Shown here: piece after piece, positions 1 through 8,248 of the stretch
Layout: each line of letters starts with the position of its first letter
Numbering within the stretch: the stretch's first letter is position 1
Notes under the pieces: model-generated
Databases searched by the model: none
What the model saw: only the letters and a program-made list of their open reading frames with translations
Told to the model about the DNA's origin: nothing
Program-made: the position numbers and the translations under genes
Origin: a virus
Taxonomy: Duplodnaviria > Heunggongvirae > Uroviricota > Caudoviricetes
Virus record (IMG/VR): IMGVR_UViG_2595698887_000001
Reading direction: 5' to 3' (one strand)
Length of the DNA stretch: 45,426 nt

Positions 1-2
1 GC

Positions 3-287
3 GGTGGTTCAGTGGCTTGGGCCGATATCACAGGTAAGCCCGCGACGTTCCCGCCTGTAATTGGCACAACTGCAACCACAGCAAAAGCTGGTAACTATGT
101 TCCAGCATGGTCTGAAATCACTTCCAAACCAACAACTTTCGCTCCAGTACCTGCTACTGCTTCTGTAGTTGGTGGTGTGAAGGCTGCTGCAACTCAGGCT
201 GCTTCTACAGCAACTGATGTGGCTGGACTAGTGACAGACTTTAACGCACTGCTGACCAAACTTAAAGCCGCTGGTATCATGCTTTAA
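3..287 (+). CDS. Head fibre / capsid decoration protein (5' truncated)
   Basis: Frame is open from base 3 (GGSVAWADITGK), so the true start lies outside the window. Two WxxITxKPxTFxP repeats. C-terminal ATDVAGLVTDFNALLTKLKAAGIM resembles the capsid-anchoring helix of phage head-fibre proteins. Confidence 0.6.
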   Translation, partial: GGSVAWADITGKPATFPPVIGTTATTAKAGNYVPAWSEITSKPTTFAPVPATASVVGGVKAAATQAASTATDVAGLVTDFNALLTKLKAAGIML

Positions 288-292
288 TATAC

Positions 293-316
293 AGGCCCTT
301 CGGGGCCTTTTATTTT
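293..316 (+). terminator. Intrinsic terminator
   Basis: AGGCCC-TTCG-GGGCCT followed by TTTATTTT, just after the head-fibre stop. Confidence 0.8.
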
Positions 317-714
317 AAGAGTGGTTTAACACCCGCTTCCATGTTCACGTTTACCATTGGCTCTTTACCATCTTTATAATATGTGCAGATGTATGCCCCT
401 TTAAAACCTTGGGTTCCATACAGGATTGCAACATCATTCAGATATTGATATCCTTCAGTTTGTTCCGTGATCTCATTCATCTCCCCAGTCTGCACTACGG
501 ATACGCCGGGTTTGAATGCCTTACGAAATGCTTGATCACAAGATAGACGTACAAGTCGATGAATGCTCGCTGTCTTTTCTTCTTTCGATAACCAGCTTGT
601 CTCAATAGACCGCAGGTTGTCCTGATCTGGGTGCTTCATGATATAGGTGGTAGTGACCAAAGCTGCAACAACAGCACCAACAACTAATGCAACAATCCCC
701 TTAGTATTCTTCAT
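310..714 (-). CDS. Membrane-anchored hypothetical protein, antisense to the structural operon
   Basis: 134 aa. SD AGGAG before ATG. N-terminal hydrophobic helix (GIVALVVGAVVAALVTTTYI), two Cys, and its own promoter. Confidence 0.8.
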   Translation of the reverse strand: MKNTKGIVALVVGAVVAALVTTTYIMKHPDQDNLRSIETSWLSKEEKTASIHRLVRLSCDQAFRKAFKPGVSVVQTGEMNEITEQTEGYQYLNDVAILYGTQGFKGAYICTYYKDGKEPMVNVNMEAGVKPLLK

Positions 715-746
715 AAAATGTTCTCCTGTATTCGTTAATTACCATT

Positions 747-774
747 ACGATAACACATTAGATCAGTCTGTCAA
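747..774 (-). promoter_or_regulatory. sigma70-type promoter for 310..714
   Basis: Minus strand TTGACA-16 nt-TATCGT, with TG at the extended -10 position. Confidence 0.6.
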
Positions 775-783
775 GCGTTTTTA

Positions 784-813
784 ATGACAAATAGAATCTT
801 TTATGATAAGATA
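784..813 (+). promoter_or_regulatory. sigma70-type extended -10 promoter, divergent from the minus-strand promoter
   Basis: ATGACA(784-789)-17 nt-TAAGAT(807-812), preceded by TGn (TGATAAGATA). Confidence 0.6.
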
Positions 814-848
814 TTGATTAATAGAAGAGCAATCCAACAGGAGCGAAA

Positions 849-1367
849 ATGACAGACCAAGAAATTATTGATTATATTCGACTGCTCCTTGGGTCAATTC
901 CTCCAGAGGTCTTGCCTGATGAAACCATTTTGGCATTCCTTGCAATCGAAAAGGTAAAGGCTAACTGGCCTAATCCTGATTCAACCCCTTGCGACATGTG
1001 GCGTGTTATTTACAACACAATGATTGATGTCGTTCGTTGGTTAATCCTGCAAGAAGTTAACTCTGGTGAAGCATCTATCACAGAACGTCTGGAAAAAATC
1101 GGTGACGAGACTATCCAGGTCAAAGGTGGCTCCACATACCAGAACTGGAAAGACTTCCTTGACTGGTTGCAGGCAAACCCCGATTATGTGAATGATTGCC
1201 TCAGCGCGGTATCAAGTTTAGTCATTGTTGGCGGTGTACGTCAAGATGAATATCTTCGCGTCAAAAGGAATCCGAACTCAAGAGGTCCTTTCGATGTAGC
1301 AGGCATTGTACCCCAGACTGGTGTACCGGGAATCCCTCGCAGATACCCTCACCGCTGGCCTCGTTAA
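849..1367 (+). CDS. Putative head-tail adaptor (neck protein)
   Basis: 172 aa, SD AGGAG. Position between head and sheath genes; ERLEKIGDETIQV resembles adaptor proteins. Confidence 0.6.
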   Translation: MTDQEIIDYIRLLLGSIPPEVLPDETILAFLAIEKVKANWPNPDSTPCDMWRVIYNTMIDVVRWLILQEVNSGEASITERLEKIGDETIQVKGGSTYQNWKDFLDWLQANPDYVNDCLSAVSSLVIVGGVRQDEYLRVKRNPNSRGPFDVAGIVPQTGVPGIPRRYPHRWPR

Positions 1368-1385
1368 TTATCCTTCGCTTGATCG

Positions 1386-1415
1386 TTGATTTTGCTAAGA
1401 TAATGTGGTAAAATA
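1386..1415 (+). promoter_or_regulatory. sigma70-type extended -10 promoter
   Basis: TTGATT(1386-1391)-17 nt-TAAAAT(1409-1414), with TG at 1406-1407. Confidence 0.7.
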
Positions 1416-1426
1416 CCTAAACGGAT

Positions 1427-1909
1427 GTGGCTATGAGACCAAAATTCACAAGTAAGCAAGATCTGAGCCAGTTAGAGAACTTCTTCAAAGCTACCAAAGT
1501 GCTTGATTATCGTCAAGTATCATACGGTTACTATGATGACCCTCACTACTCAGGTCTTAATACTGCGACTCTCGCAGCGATTCACCAAGAGGGCTGGAAC
1601 GGGCTACCTGCTCGTACTTTCATGACCAGCGCCGCAGTTGCCTTCAACAAGGAACTAAACAAGCTACAAAAAGATCTGTTTGCATATCTCGCAATGGGCG
1701 GTCAGAACCTGACACCAATCCTTAACCGGATCGGTAAGGCCGGGGCGAGAAAAATCCAATTCGTGATCGACACCGGACTTTTCCCTCACAACACAGTATC
1801 TGATGCCTGGGCTGATGTCAAGGGATTCAAAGAGGCGATGTTCCATTATGGAGACCTCAAAGAGTCCACGACATTCAGAATTTCAAAAGGTAAAGATTCG
1901 GGGGTATAA
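1427..1909 (+). CDS. Neck / tail completion protein
   Basis: About 160 aa (start GTG 1427 or ATG 1433). LATLAAIHQEG...LPARTF and LFHYGDLKESTTF resemble myophage neck proteins. Confidence 0.6.
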   Translation: MAMRPKFTSKQDLSQLENFFKATKVLDYRQVSYGYYDDPHYSGLNTATLAAIHQEGWNGLPARTFMTSAAVAFNKELNKLQKDLFAYLAMGGQNLTPILNRIGKAGARKIQFVIDTGLFPHNTVSDAWADVKGFKEAMFHYGDLKESTTFRISKGKDSGV

Positions 1910-2343
1910 TGGCAGGTTACAGACTTATTGGCAAAAACAAACTGATCCCTCGCCCAACGTTTGTTGGACGACACAGAGAATACGCCAAAGTGGATATGGA
2001 TAACCCATTTGAAAACCAGGGCATTCAAATTGACTATGAAGAATTTGATGTGCTTGAGTGCGTTGTCCAGCCCCTTACAGGTAAGGCAGCAAGAGATTAC
2101 ACGACTCAACTGATGCAGGAAGGTGGGAGACAGTATGACTCCTTCACGGTTTACTCCTCAGTTATGCTACGTGGCCCGGTAGAGGGTTCTAATGAACTTG
2201 CTGACCAAATCAAGCTAATGAATTCCCGTGGGGAAATGGTGTGGTTCACTGTAATCAAGTCTGATGCTTATCAGACCACAGGTGTTGCACGTTTCCGCGC
2301 TTACGTAGTGTCTGTTCCTGAAGGGACCAACGGAGGAGTTTAA
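1909..2343 (+). CDS. Putative head-closure protein
   Basis: 144 aa, stop/start overlap with both neighbours. VVQPLTG and beta-rich pattern; synteny. Confidence 0.55.
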   Translation: MAGYRLIGKNKLIPRPTFVGRHREYAKVDMDNPFENQGIQIDYEEFDVLECVVQPLTGKAARDYTTQLMQEGGRQYDSFTVYSSVMLRGPVEGSNELADQIKLMNSRGEMVWFTVIKSDAYQTTGVARFRAYVVSVPEGTNGGV

Positions 2344-2873
2344 TGGCAGATTTCACCAATTCAGATGAGATCTTTGATGCCCTGACAAAGACAGTCGGCT
2401 CCTTCTGTAAAGAGACCACAGGCCGAAAAGTAGTTCTTGCAGGTGAAGATGAGATCCCTAAAGTAGATGGTGAATTCATTCTTGTAGACCTTACAGCAGT
2501 TGACCAGATTGACTGGCAGGCTGATGAAGGTTTGGATGTCAACGGTAATGCAACGACTATTCACAACTATGAGGTTGTGTATACGCTCACAGCATATCGT
2601 GGAAAAGCTCCAAGCGCCCTCAGCAGGGTTTTACAGGCGATGAACTTACCATTCATTTACGATAAATATTTTCCGACCAATTCTCCTTTTGCATACTCAT
2701 CCTCTTCAACGATTTCTCGTCTGAGAGTGCCTCTGAATGTGCAGAAGTTCGAAAACCGTGCTGTGGTGCTGATTACGTTCAACGTATGCTTCATCGAAAC
2801 AGACACTGGGGCTTTCGAGGACCTGGAGAAGATCAACGCTCAACTCGTTTATCACTTCCCGGCTCAAGACTAA
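2343..2873 (+). CDS. Putative tail terminator protein
   Basis: 176 aa immediately before the sheath gene; C-terminal FENRAVVLITFNV pattern; synteny. Confidence 0.6.
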   Translation: MADFTNSDEIFDALTKTVGSFCKETTGRKVVLAGEDEIPKVDGEFILVDLTAVDQIDWQADEGLDVNGNATTIHNYEVVYTLTAYRGKAPSALSRVLQAMNLPFIYDKYFPTNSPFAYSSSSTISRLRVPLNVQKFENRAVVLITFNVCFIETDTGAFEDLEKINAQLVYHFPAQD

Positions 2874-2885
2874 AGAAAACCACTC

Positions 2886-2983
2886 GGTTATTGATAAGCA
2901 TTCGCTTATTAGTGATCGTATAAGAGGGCTTCGGCCCTCATAATACAGCACAAAGAGGTGCTGGTCAATAACTGTATGTACAG
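2886..2983 (+). other. Predicted multibranch RNA structure in the sheath leader
   Basis: Closing stem GGTTATTGA/TCAATAACT encloses three hairpins: TAAGC-ATTC-GCTTA, GAGGGC-TTCG-GCCCTC, CAGCAC-AAAGAG-GTGCTG. Folded by eye only. Confidence 0.45.
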
Positions 2984-3003
2984 AAATAAAGAAGAGGAAA
3001 CCG

Positions 3004-4416
3004 ATGGCTTATAATGATAAGGTGGTTGACGTTACGGTCACGCTTGGTACTCAACCAATCGACACCAAAGGGTTTGAAACCCCGCTGTTCCTGGCTATCC
3101 ACAACGTCTTCCCTGAACGTTTTCGCGCGTATACCGAACTCGATCAGTTAGTAGATGATGGATTCGCTCCAGGTTCCCCAGCTTATGTCTTCGCAACAAA
3201 AGCATTCGCTGGTACATTCCGTCCTCAGTACCTGATGGTTGGTCGTCAAGGCTTCACTAATACCATCGTGGACTTCACTGGACAGGTCAATACCGACCCT
3301 GAAGCGCCTGTAGCCCTGAACGTAGTTTCCGGGGCTTATCAGACCAGCGTTATTGTGGCGGTAACTGGTGCATCTACCCCAACCAGTATTGCTACCGCTC
3401 TGGTAGCATCTCTGAATGGTGATGCAACACTGACCACTGTTTTAACTGCAACTGCAAGCGCAGGTGTGGTAACAATCGCCCCTAAGAATGGTGGTACATT
3501 CAGCGTCGGTCGCGACAGCGGGAACATGACTATCAGCAACACCACAAATGAAACTGTGTCGTCTGTTCTTCCTCAGATCCTGACTGCAACTGAGAACTGG
3601 TACTTCCTGAGCACCGAATCTCACACCAACGCATCCATCCTTGCTGCCGCTGCGTTTGCTTCTGCAAACTACAAGCTACATGTGTATGCAACTGCTGATG
3701 AACTGGTTAAGACTGCTGGTAGCAACTCCATTGCTAACCAACTGAAAGCACTCCAGTACGATACCTCTATCGGTATGTATGATCCGCTTGCGGATAGCGC
3801 ATTCTCTGAAGGTGGTATCATCGGTGCAATGGCTTCCAACGATCCTTCTTACGGTGACTCTATTCACCTGAAGACAATGGAAGGTGTAATTGCTCCTACT
3901 CTGAGCGCTACCGACCGTATGACCATTTGGGGACAAAACCTGAACTTCTACCGTATGATTAACGGTGTTGGTTCTTTCTACGAAGGTAAGTGTGCCTCTG
4001 GCAACTACGTAGACGTTGTTCGTTTCGGTCACTGGTTGAAATTCCGCACAGAAGAAAGCGTGTTTGGTTACATGTCTCGTCGTTCTAACATGGGTCTCTC
4101 CATGAAGATGAGTGATGACGATCTGCCAAACCTGAAGTCTGTGATGATGAACAACCCAATCAACGTTGGTATCTCCAATGGTTCAATCCTAACAGGATAC
4201 GATGACGTTAACAAGGTGTTCTACGATCCGGTAATCACAATTCCGCTTCGTGCATCCATCCCAACTAACGATCTGGCTGCTCGTACTCTGAACAACGTGA
4301 AAGTGGAACTTGTGTACAACACACCACTGCACTTCGTTAAGATCCGCATGACCGTTCTGTTAGATAAAACAGGGTCTAGTTCCGGAAACGGTCAGACTGT
4401 AACAGCAGGAGTGTAA
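3004..4416 (+). CDS. Contractile tail sheath protein (DUF3383-type)
   Basis: 470 aa. KVVDVTVTL...GFETPLFL, LKTMEGVIA, NLNFYRMINGVG...EGKCASGNYVDVVRFGHWL match sheath motifs. Confidence 0.9.
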   Translation: MAYNDKVVDVTVTLGTQPIDTKGFETPLFLAIHNVFPERFRAYTELDQLVDDGFAPGSPAYVFATKAFAGTFRPQYLMVGRQGFTNTIVDFTGQVNTDPEAPVALNVVSGAYQTSVIVAVTGASTPTSIATALVASLNGDATLTTVLTATASAGVVTIAPKNGGTFSVGRDSGNMTISNTTNETVSSVLPQILTATENWYFLSTESHTNASILAAAAFASANYKLHVYATADELVKTAGSNSIANQLKALQYDTSIGMYDPLADSAFSEGGIIGAMASNDPSYGDSIHLKTMEGVIAPTLSATDRMTIWGQNLNFYRMINGVGSFYEGKCASGNYVDVVRFGHWLKFRTEESVFGYMSRRSNMGLSMKMSDDDLPNLKSVMMNNPINVGISNGSILTGYDDVNKVFYDPVITIPLRASIPTNDLAARTLNNVKVELVYNTPLHFVKIRMTVLLDKTGSSSGNGQTVTAGV

Positions 4417-4419
4417 TAA

Positions 4420-4893
4420 ATGAATACAGCTATCCTAACACCGTATGCTTACGACCCTAAAAAAGTCAAGCTATACCTGATGACTCAGCGTGTTACTGGA
4501 TTTGCCGCAGATACCAAGATCGTCGTTGCTCGTAACGAAGATAACATCATCCCCCACATGGGGGTTGATGGTGAGCTATCCGCTGCACTGTCCCGTAACC
4601 AATCTGGTGTTATGACAGTTTCTCTCCAGAACACCGCTTCTTGGAACGGAAACTTCGCAAACTGGCAGAAACAAGCCTCTATCACCGGGCTGATCTTCTT
4701 CCCTGTCCTTCTTGAAGGTTCTCAGGGGATGGGTCTCAGCACTATCGGTTGGATTCAGAAACAACCAGACCTGACCTATGGTACAGAAGTGGGACAGATG
4801 GACTGGGAAATCGGTATCCTCGACGCTTGGTTAAGCCCAGATACTCTGTCTTCCGCAGGCTTCGGTCTTGCTGGTCTTGCAGGTATCGTATAA
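4420..4893 (+). CDS. Tail tube protein (DUF3277-type)
   Basis: 157 aa after the sheath gene. YDPKKV, TGFA, MGVDGE, VSLQNTAS and WIQKQPD...G motifs. Confidence 0.85.
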   Translation: MNTAILTPYAYDPKKVKLYLMTQRVTGFAADTKIVVARNEDNIIPHMGVDGELSAALSRNQSGVMTVSLQNTASWNGNFANWQKQASITGLIFFPVLLEGSQGMGLSTIGWIQKQPDLTYGTEVGQMDWEIGILDAWLSPDTLSSAGFGLAGLAGIV

Positions 4894-4968
4894 GTGTTTC
4901 GTGTGCCACATGGACGTGGCCTTTCACACACGTAAGGATCTCTCAATCTCAAAGACGCAGGAGCGTAC

Positions 4969-5442
4969 ATGAATATCAGACCAACAACTGAAATCGACCT
5001 CGCAGGTCACAACTTTGTTATCACGCACTGGTCCCCTTCCAAGGTTATGAAAAACCTTCCGAAGATCGGTCGTTATGTAGCAGTCCCTATGGCAACCATC
5101 TCTGGTTCCATGATGACTGGAGGCCAGAACCTATCTGACGCTCTCCCAACTGCTATTCTATACCTCTTTGAACAGATGGAGCAAGATGATATCGAAAAAC
5201 TTTTCGCATTGATTCTTGAGGATGTATCCGTTGATGGTATGGCGGGTAAAGTAGATATTGATGCTCTGTTCCAAGATAAAATGTTAGACCTCATTAAGCT
5301 TGTTGCTAAAGTTCTGGAGATCAACTACGGCTGTTTTTTCACGAAAGACGGTTTCGCAGACCTTCAGGGACTTCTGGGACGCCTGGGACAGACCCATCAA
5401 GTGAATACGGTGGATCAGGCGACGGAAGTGGCAGCGGAGTAA
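4969..5442 (+). CDS. Tail assembly chaperone (G-like)
   Basis: 157 aa between tube and tape measure genes; SD GGAG; LEINYGCFF motif. Confidence 0.8.
   Translation: MNIRPTTEIDLAGHNFVITHWSPSKVMKNLPKIGRYVAVPMATISGSMMTGGQNLSDALPTAILYLFEQMEQDDIEKLFALILEDVSVDGMAGKVDIDALFQDKMLDLIKLVAKVLEINYGCFFTKDGFADLQGLLGRLGQTHQVNTVDQATEVAAE
5334..5340 (+). promoter_or_regulatory. Predicted -1 ribosomal frameshift heptamer T TTT TTC
   Basis: In-frame X XXY YYZ heptamer (tgT TTT TTC). The -1 frame is open from 5310 to the stop at 5718-5720. Confidence 0.7.
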
Positions 5443-5720
5443 CACCGTCCAAAATTTCGAAAGTCGTCCTGAGAGCTATGGAGTATGCAAAGAAAAATAG
5501 CTCACTGACTTGGTTCGATTACTTGTGGTGTCGTGCTCTGAAAAGTTTCAAAGGGGAATCTTATATGTCCCTTGAACATGCGGATATGGCCTATCTGCTC
5601 AGGCTGAATGAATTTCTTGATGTGGAAGAGTTTGTCAACGATGTCCACGAGAGAGAGGAAGAAAGTAAAGCAAAAGCTGCTCAAGCCGCTAGCAAGCCGC
5701 GCCGTGGTAGAAGAGGTTAA
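5340..5720 (+). CDS. Tail assembly chaperone T-like extension (G-T fusion of about 250 aa)
   Basis: The -1 frame reads HERRFRRPSGTSGTPGTDPSSEYGGSGDGSGSG...MEYAKKNSSLTWFDYLW. No clear SD precedes ATG 5478. Confidence 0.7.
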   Translation, partial: HERRFRRPSGTSGTPGTDPSSEYGGSGDGSGSGVTPSKISKVVLRAMEYAKKNSSLTWFDYLWCRALKSFKGESYMSLEHADMAYLLRLNEFLDVEEFVNDVHEREEESKAKAAQAASKPRRGRRG

Positions 5721-5725
5721 TCTCA

Positions 5726-5758
5726 AGCCGGGTTCCTTTTCGGGAACCTGGCTTTTTT
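5726..5758 (+). terminator. Intrinsic terminator
   Basis: AGCCGGGTTCC-TTTTCG-GGAACCTGGCT followed by a T-tract. Confidence 0.75.
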
Positions 5759-5773
5759 ATTGAGAGGAAATCA

Positions 5774-8167
5774 ATGGCGAACATTATTGTAACCCAGACA
5801 GTCAACAAAGTCACATGGGACGTGGACAAGACCTCTTTTGGTCGTGCCATGAAAGCTGTGAAGTCTTTGAAGACAGAATGGGAAAAAGCTGGTAAGGCAT
5901 TCTCTGCCAGCAAGTCAGACCCCGCAGCAGCACTAAAGCGTTCAGCAATGCAAGCTCGCCTTGTCAACAAAAGACTGCAACAGACTGAACGTGCTGAACA
6001 AGCAAAGACCACGGCTCACAACATCGCTATGGCGAAGAAAGAGGCTCGTGCTCGTGAAGCAATTGATAAGATCCAGAGAGCACGTAGAAAGCAAGCAGTA
6101 TCACAGCTTACCGCAAGACGTTCGCCGGAGTCCCAAGCTGATTATAATGGGTTAAAGGCTCGTTTACGTCAAATGGAAAAAACGGGTGGTGGTTACGGAA
6201 CTAACCCCGCAATCTCTGCTGCACGTCAAGCCGCTCTGCAAGAAGAACTGGCTCGTCGTGCTAAATCTGGAAACTCTTCCGGGATGGTCGGTAACTCAAC
6301 GATGTCAGACCCTTCTGTAATTGCTCGTCAGAACAGAGCGATGCAGCAGAGTGTACAACGTGAGCAAGCTAAGGCCTCTAAAGAGCAGATCCGTGCTCGT
6401 GAACAAGCCCGTAAGAAACAAGAAGCCGAAGACCTTCGTTATTCTCGTTACCTTGCTGGTAAAGAATCCACTGTAGCTAACGCTGCTGTACGTCTTCGTG
6501 CTAAGTACGGCGATAACTACGCAAGCAAGCTTAAGGGTTACGATTCCATGAAGGAACGTTTCCTTGACAGCAACACCATGAAGTCTTCTAACTTCCGTGC
6601 TGAACTGGCTGCTATGGAGACTGGGCTTCGCAAAGCAAACATGAACACCCTGTCCTTGACAGATGGGCTGAAGAACCTGCGTAGCACACTGATCAGCGTA
6701 ACCGCTGCTTACGGAGCATTCAATGCTGCGGCAAGTGTTGTTAAAACAGGTCAGTTCTTCCAGGGGATGGAAGCGACAATGCTGATGGTCTCCGATGATT
6801 CCGCAGAGGCAGGTAAGCGTCTGAAGTTTGTTCGTGATCAATCTTACCGTCTAGGTCTTGACCTCAAGGTAGCTGCACAGGGTTATACCCAAATGGCTAT
6901 CGCTGCGAACGGTGTACTGACTAAATCACAGAACGATGAACTTTTCAAGGCATTTTCTGAATACTCCACAGCCCTTCAGGTTGACCCGGTTAAATACCAA
7001 CGTGGTATTACGGCGATCCAACAGATGATGGGTAAAGGTCAGATCATGGCTGAAGAACTGAAGCAACAGCTTGCCGAAGGTATCCCCGGTTCTTTACAGG
7101 TGTTCATTAAGGCATCCCAAGAAGCTTTCAATGACTCAACCATCGACGTTACCAAGATGCTGGACATGATGCAGAAAGGTGAACTGAAAGCTGCCAAAGT
7201 CCTTCCGTTTGTAGCCAAGTATTACTCTGAGGCTGCGAACAAGGGTGGTGCTCTTCAGAAAGCTCTGCAAGGTAACCGTGTTGCAATGCAACGTCTGACA
7301 TTAACATGGATGGACTTCCAGAACAAGATCTTCCAAAGCGGGTTTGGGGAATCTCTGACAAGTGCGTTTAACGAGCTTGCAAAAATCCTTGACTCAAACG
7401 GACCTTTGGCTCAGAATCTGGGGCAATTCTTTGCTGGATTCACCGATGGTTTCATGGAGATGGTGTACACCGTATACAACACATTCGTCCTGATCCAAGG
7501 CATCATGGAACGTTATATCCCGATCTTCCGTAAGAACGGTGAAGAGCTTTCCTCTGCTTGGAAATGGGTTGGTTGGGGAATGGGTGCTCTATTCTTCGCT
7601 TCAGCACTTATCCGAGTATTTAACATCCTTGCCAAAATTGCTGGGCTTTCCGGAGCACTCAGCTTCCTGAAGACCATCTTTGGTGGCCCGGATGATGAGG
7701 AAGGTGGTGGCGGTGATGGTAAGAACAAGAAGGGTAAAGGCCCTCGTTTCAGTAAGCTTGGTAAGGCCGCTCGTTGGTTAGGTCTCTACGGGCTTATTGC
7801 CGGGGAAAGTATGATTGCTGGGGACTATGTGTTTGACAAGGCACAGGACTACAGCGATTCTACTTACGGCACTGAGACTACCGCAGGTGGTAACCTTAAG
7901 AAAAACTCTTGGATGGGCCAGACTTGGGACTTCATTACCGGACAGAGATCAATGACTGACCAGCGCAGACTTGATTACCTGAACCAGAATGGTATGGTTC
8001 CTGGACCAGCCGGGGCAGCAACTCCTCCGATGGTCATTCCGACTGAACCTGTTAGTGGTGAGATTACGATCAAAATCGACGCAGGTGAAATGAAGAACAT
8101 GATTGACCAGCAGATTGAAGCTGCGAACATGGGTAACATCAACCTAATCCTTGGTGTTCCTCAATAA
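5774..8167 (+). CDS. Tape measure protein
   Basis: 797 aa, Ala/Lys/Gln-rich helical. Tape-measure motif MMGKGQIMAEELKQQLAEGIPG; hydrophobic segment near the C-terminus. Confidence 0.9.
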   Translation: MANIIVTQTVNKVTWDVDKTSFGRAMKAVKSLKTEWEKAGKAFSASKSDPAAALKRSAMQARLVNKRLQQTERAEQAKTTAHNIAMAKKEARAREAIDKIQRARRKQAVSQLTARRSPESQADYNGLKARLRQMEKTGGGYGTNPAISAARQAALQEELARRAKSGNSSGMVGNSTMSDPSVIARQNRAMQQSVQREQAKASKEQIRAREQARKKQEAEDLRYSRYLAGKESTVANAAVRLRAKYGDNYASKLKGYDSMKERFLDSNTMKSSNFRAELAAMETGLRKANMNTLSLTDGLKNLRSTLISVTAAYGAFNAAASVVKTGQFFQGMEATMLMVSDDSAEAGKRLKFVRDQSYRLGLDLKVAAQGYTQMAIAANGVLTKSQNDELFKAFSEYSTALQVDPVKYQRGITAIQQMMGKGQIMAEELKQQLAEGIPGSLQVFIKASQEAFNDSTIDVTKMLDMMQKGELKAAKVLPFVAKYYSEAANKGGALQKALQGNRVAMQRLTLTWMDFQNKIFQSGFGESLTSAFNELAKILDSNGPLAQNLGQFFAGFTDGFMEMVYTVYNTFVLIQGIMERYIPIFRKNGEELSSAWKWVGWGMGALFFASALIRVFNILAKIAGLSGALSFLKTIFGGPDDEEGGGGDGKNKKGKGPRFSKLGKAARWLGLYGLIAGESMIAGDYVFDKAQDYSDSTYGTETTAGGNLKKNSWMGQTWDFITGQRSMTDQRRLDYLNQNGMVPGPAGAATPPMVIPTEPVSGEITIKIDAGEMKNMIDQQIEAANMGNINLILGVPQ

Positions 8168-8170
8168 TTT

Positions 8171-8193
8171 AAAGGGGCTTCGGCCCCTTTTTT
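8171..8193 (+). terminator. Intrinsic terminator
   Basis: AAAGGGGC-TTCG-GCCCCTTT followed by TTT. Confidence 0.85.
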
Positions 8194-8194
8194 A

Positions 8195-8224
8195 TTGTTT
8201 TATCTCAAGATTTATGATAAAATC
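8195..8224 (+). promoter_or_regulatory. sigma70-type extended -10 promoter for baseplate genes
   Basis: TTGTTT(8195-8200)-17 nt-TAAAAT(8218-8223), with TG at 8215-8216. Confidence 0.6.
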
Positions 8225-8248
8225 GTAACATGTATAATGGGAGGACTC

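Noticed and set aside
2886-2973. tRNA gene suggested by the cloverleaf-like fold
   Set aside because: No TTCRA T-loop in the right arm, no 7-nt anticodon loop, no D-loop GG, no CCA, and arm spacing is wrong. Kept only as a generic structured element.
5478-5720. Independent 80-aa gene starting at ATG 5478
   Set aside because: No convincing SD; better explained as the -1 frameshift extension.
8231-8238. Perfect TATAAT upstream of the 8249 gene
   Set aside because: No matching -35, and the start site would fall within the SD; the 8195-8224 promoter fits better.
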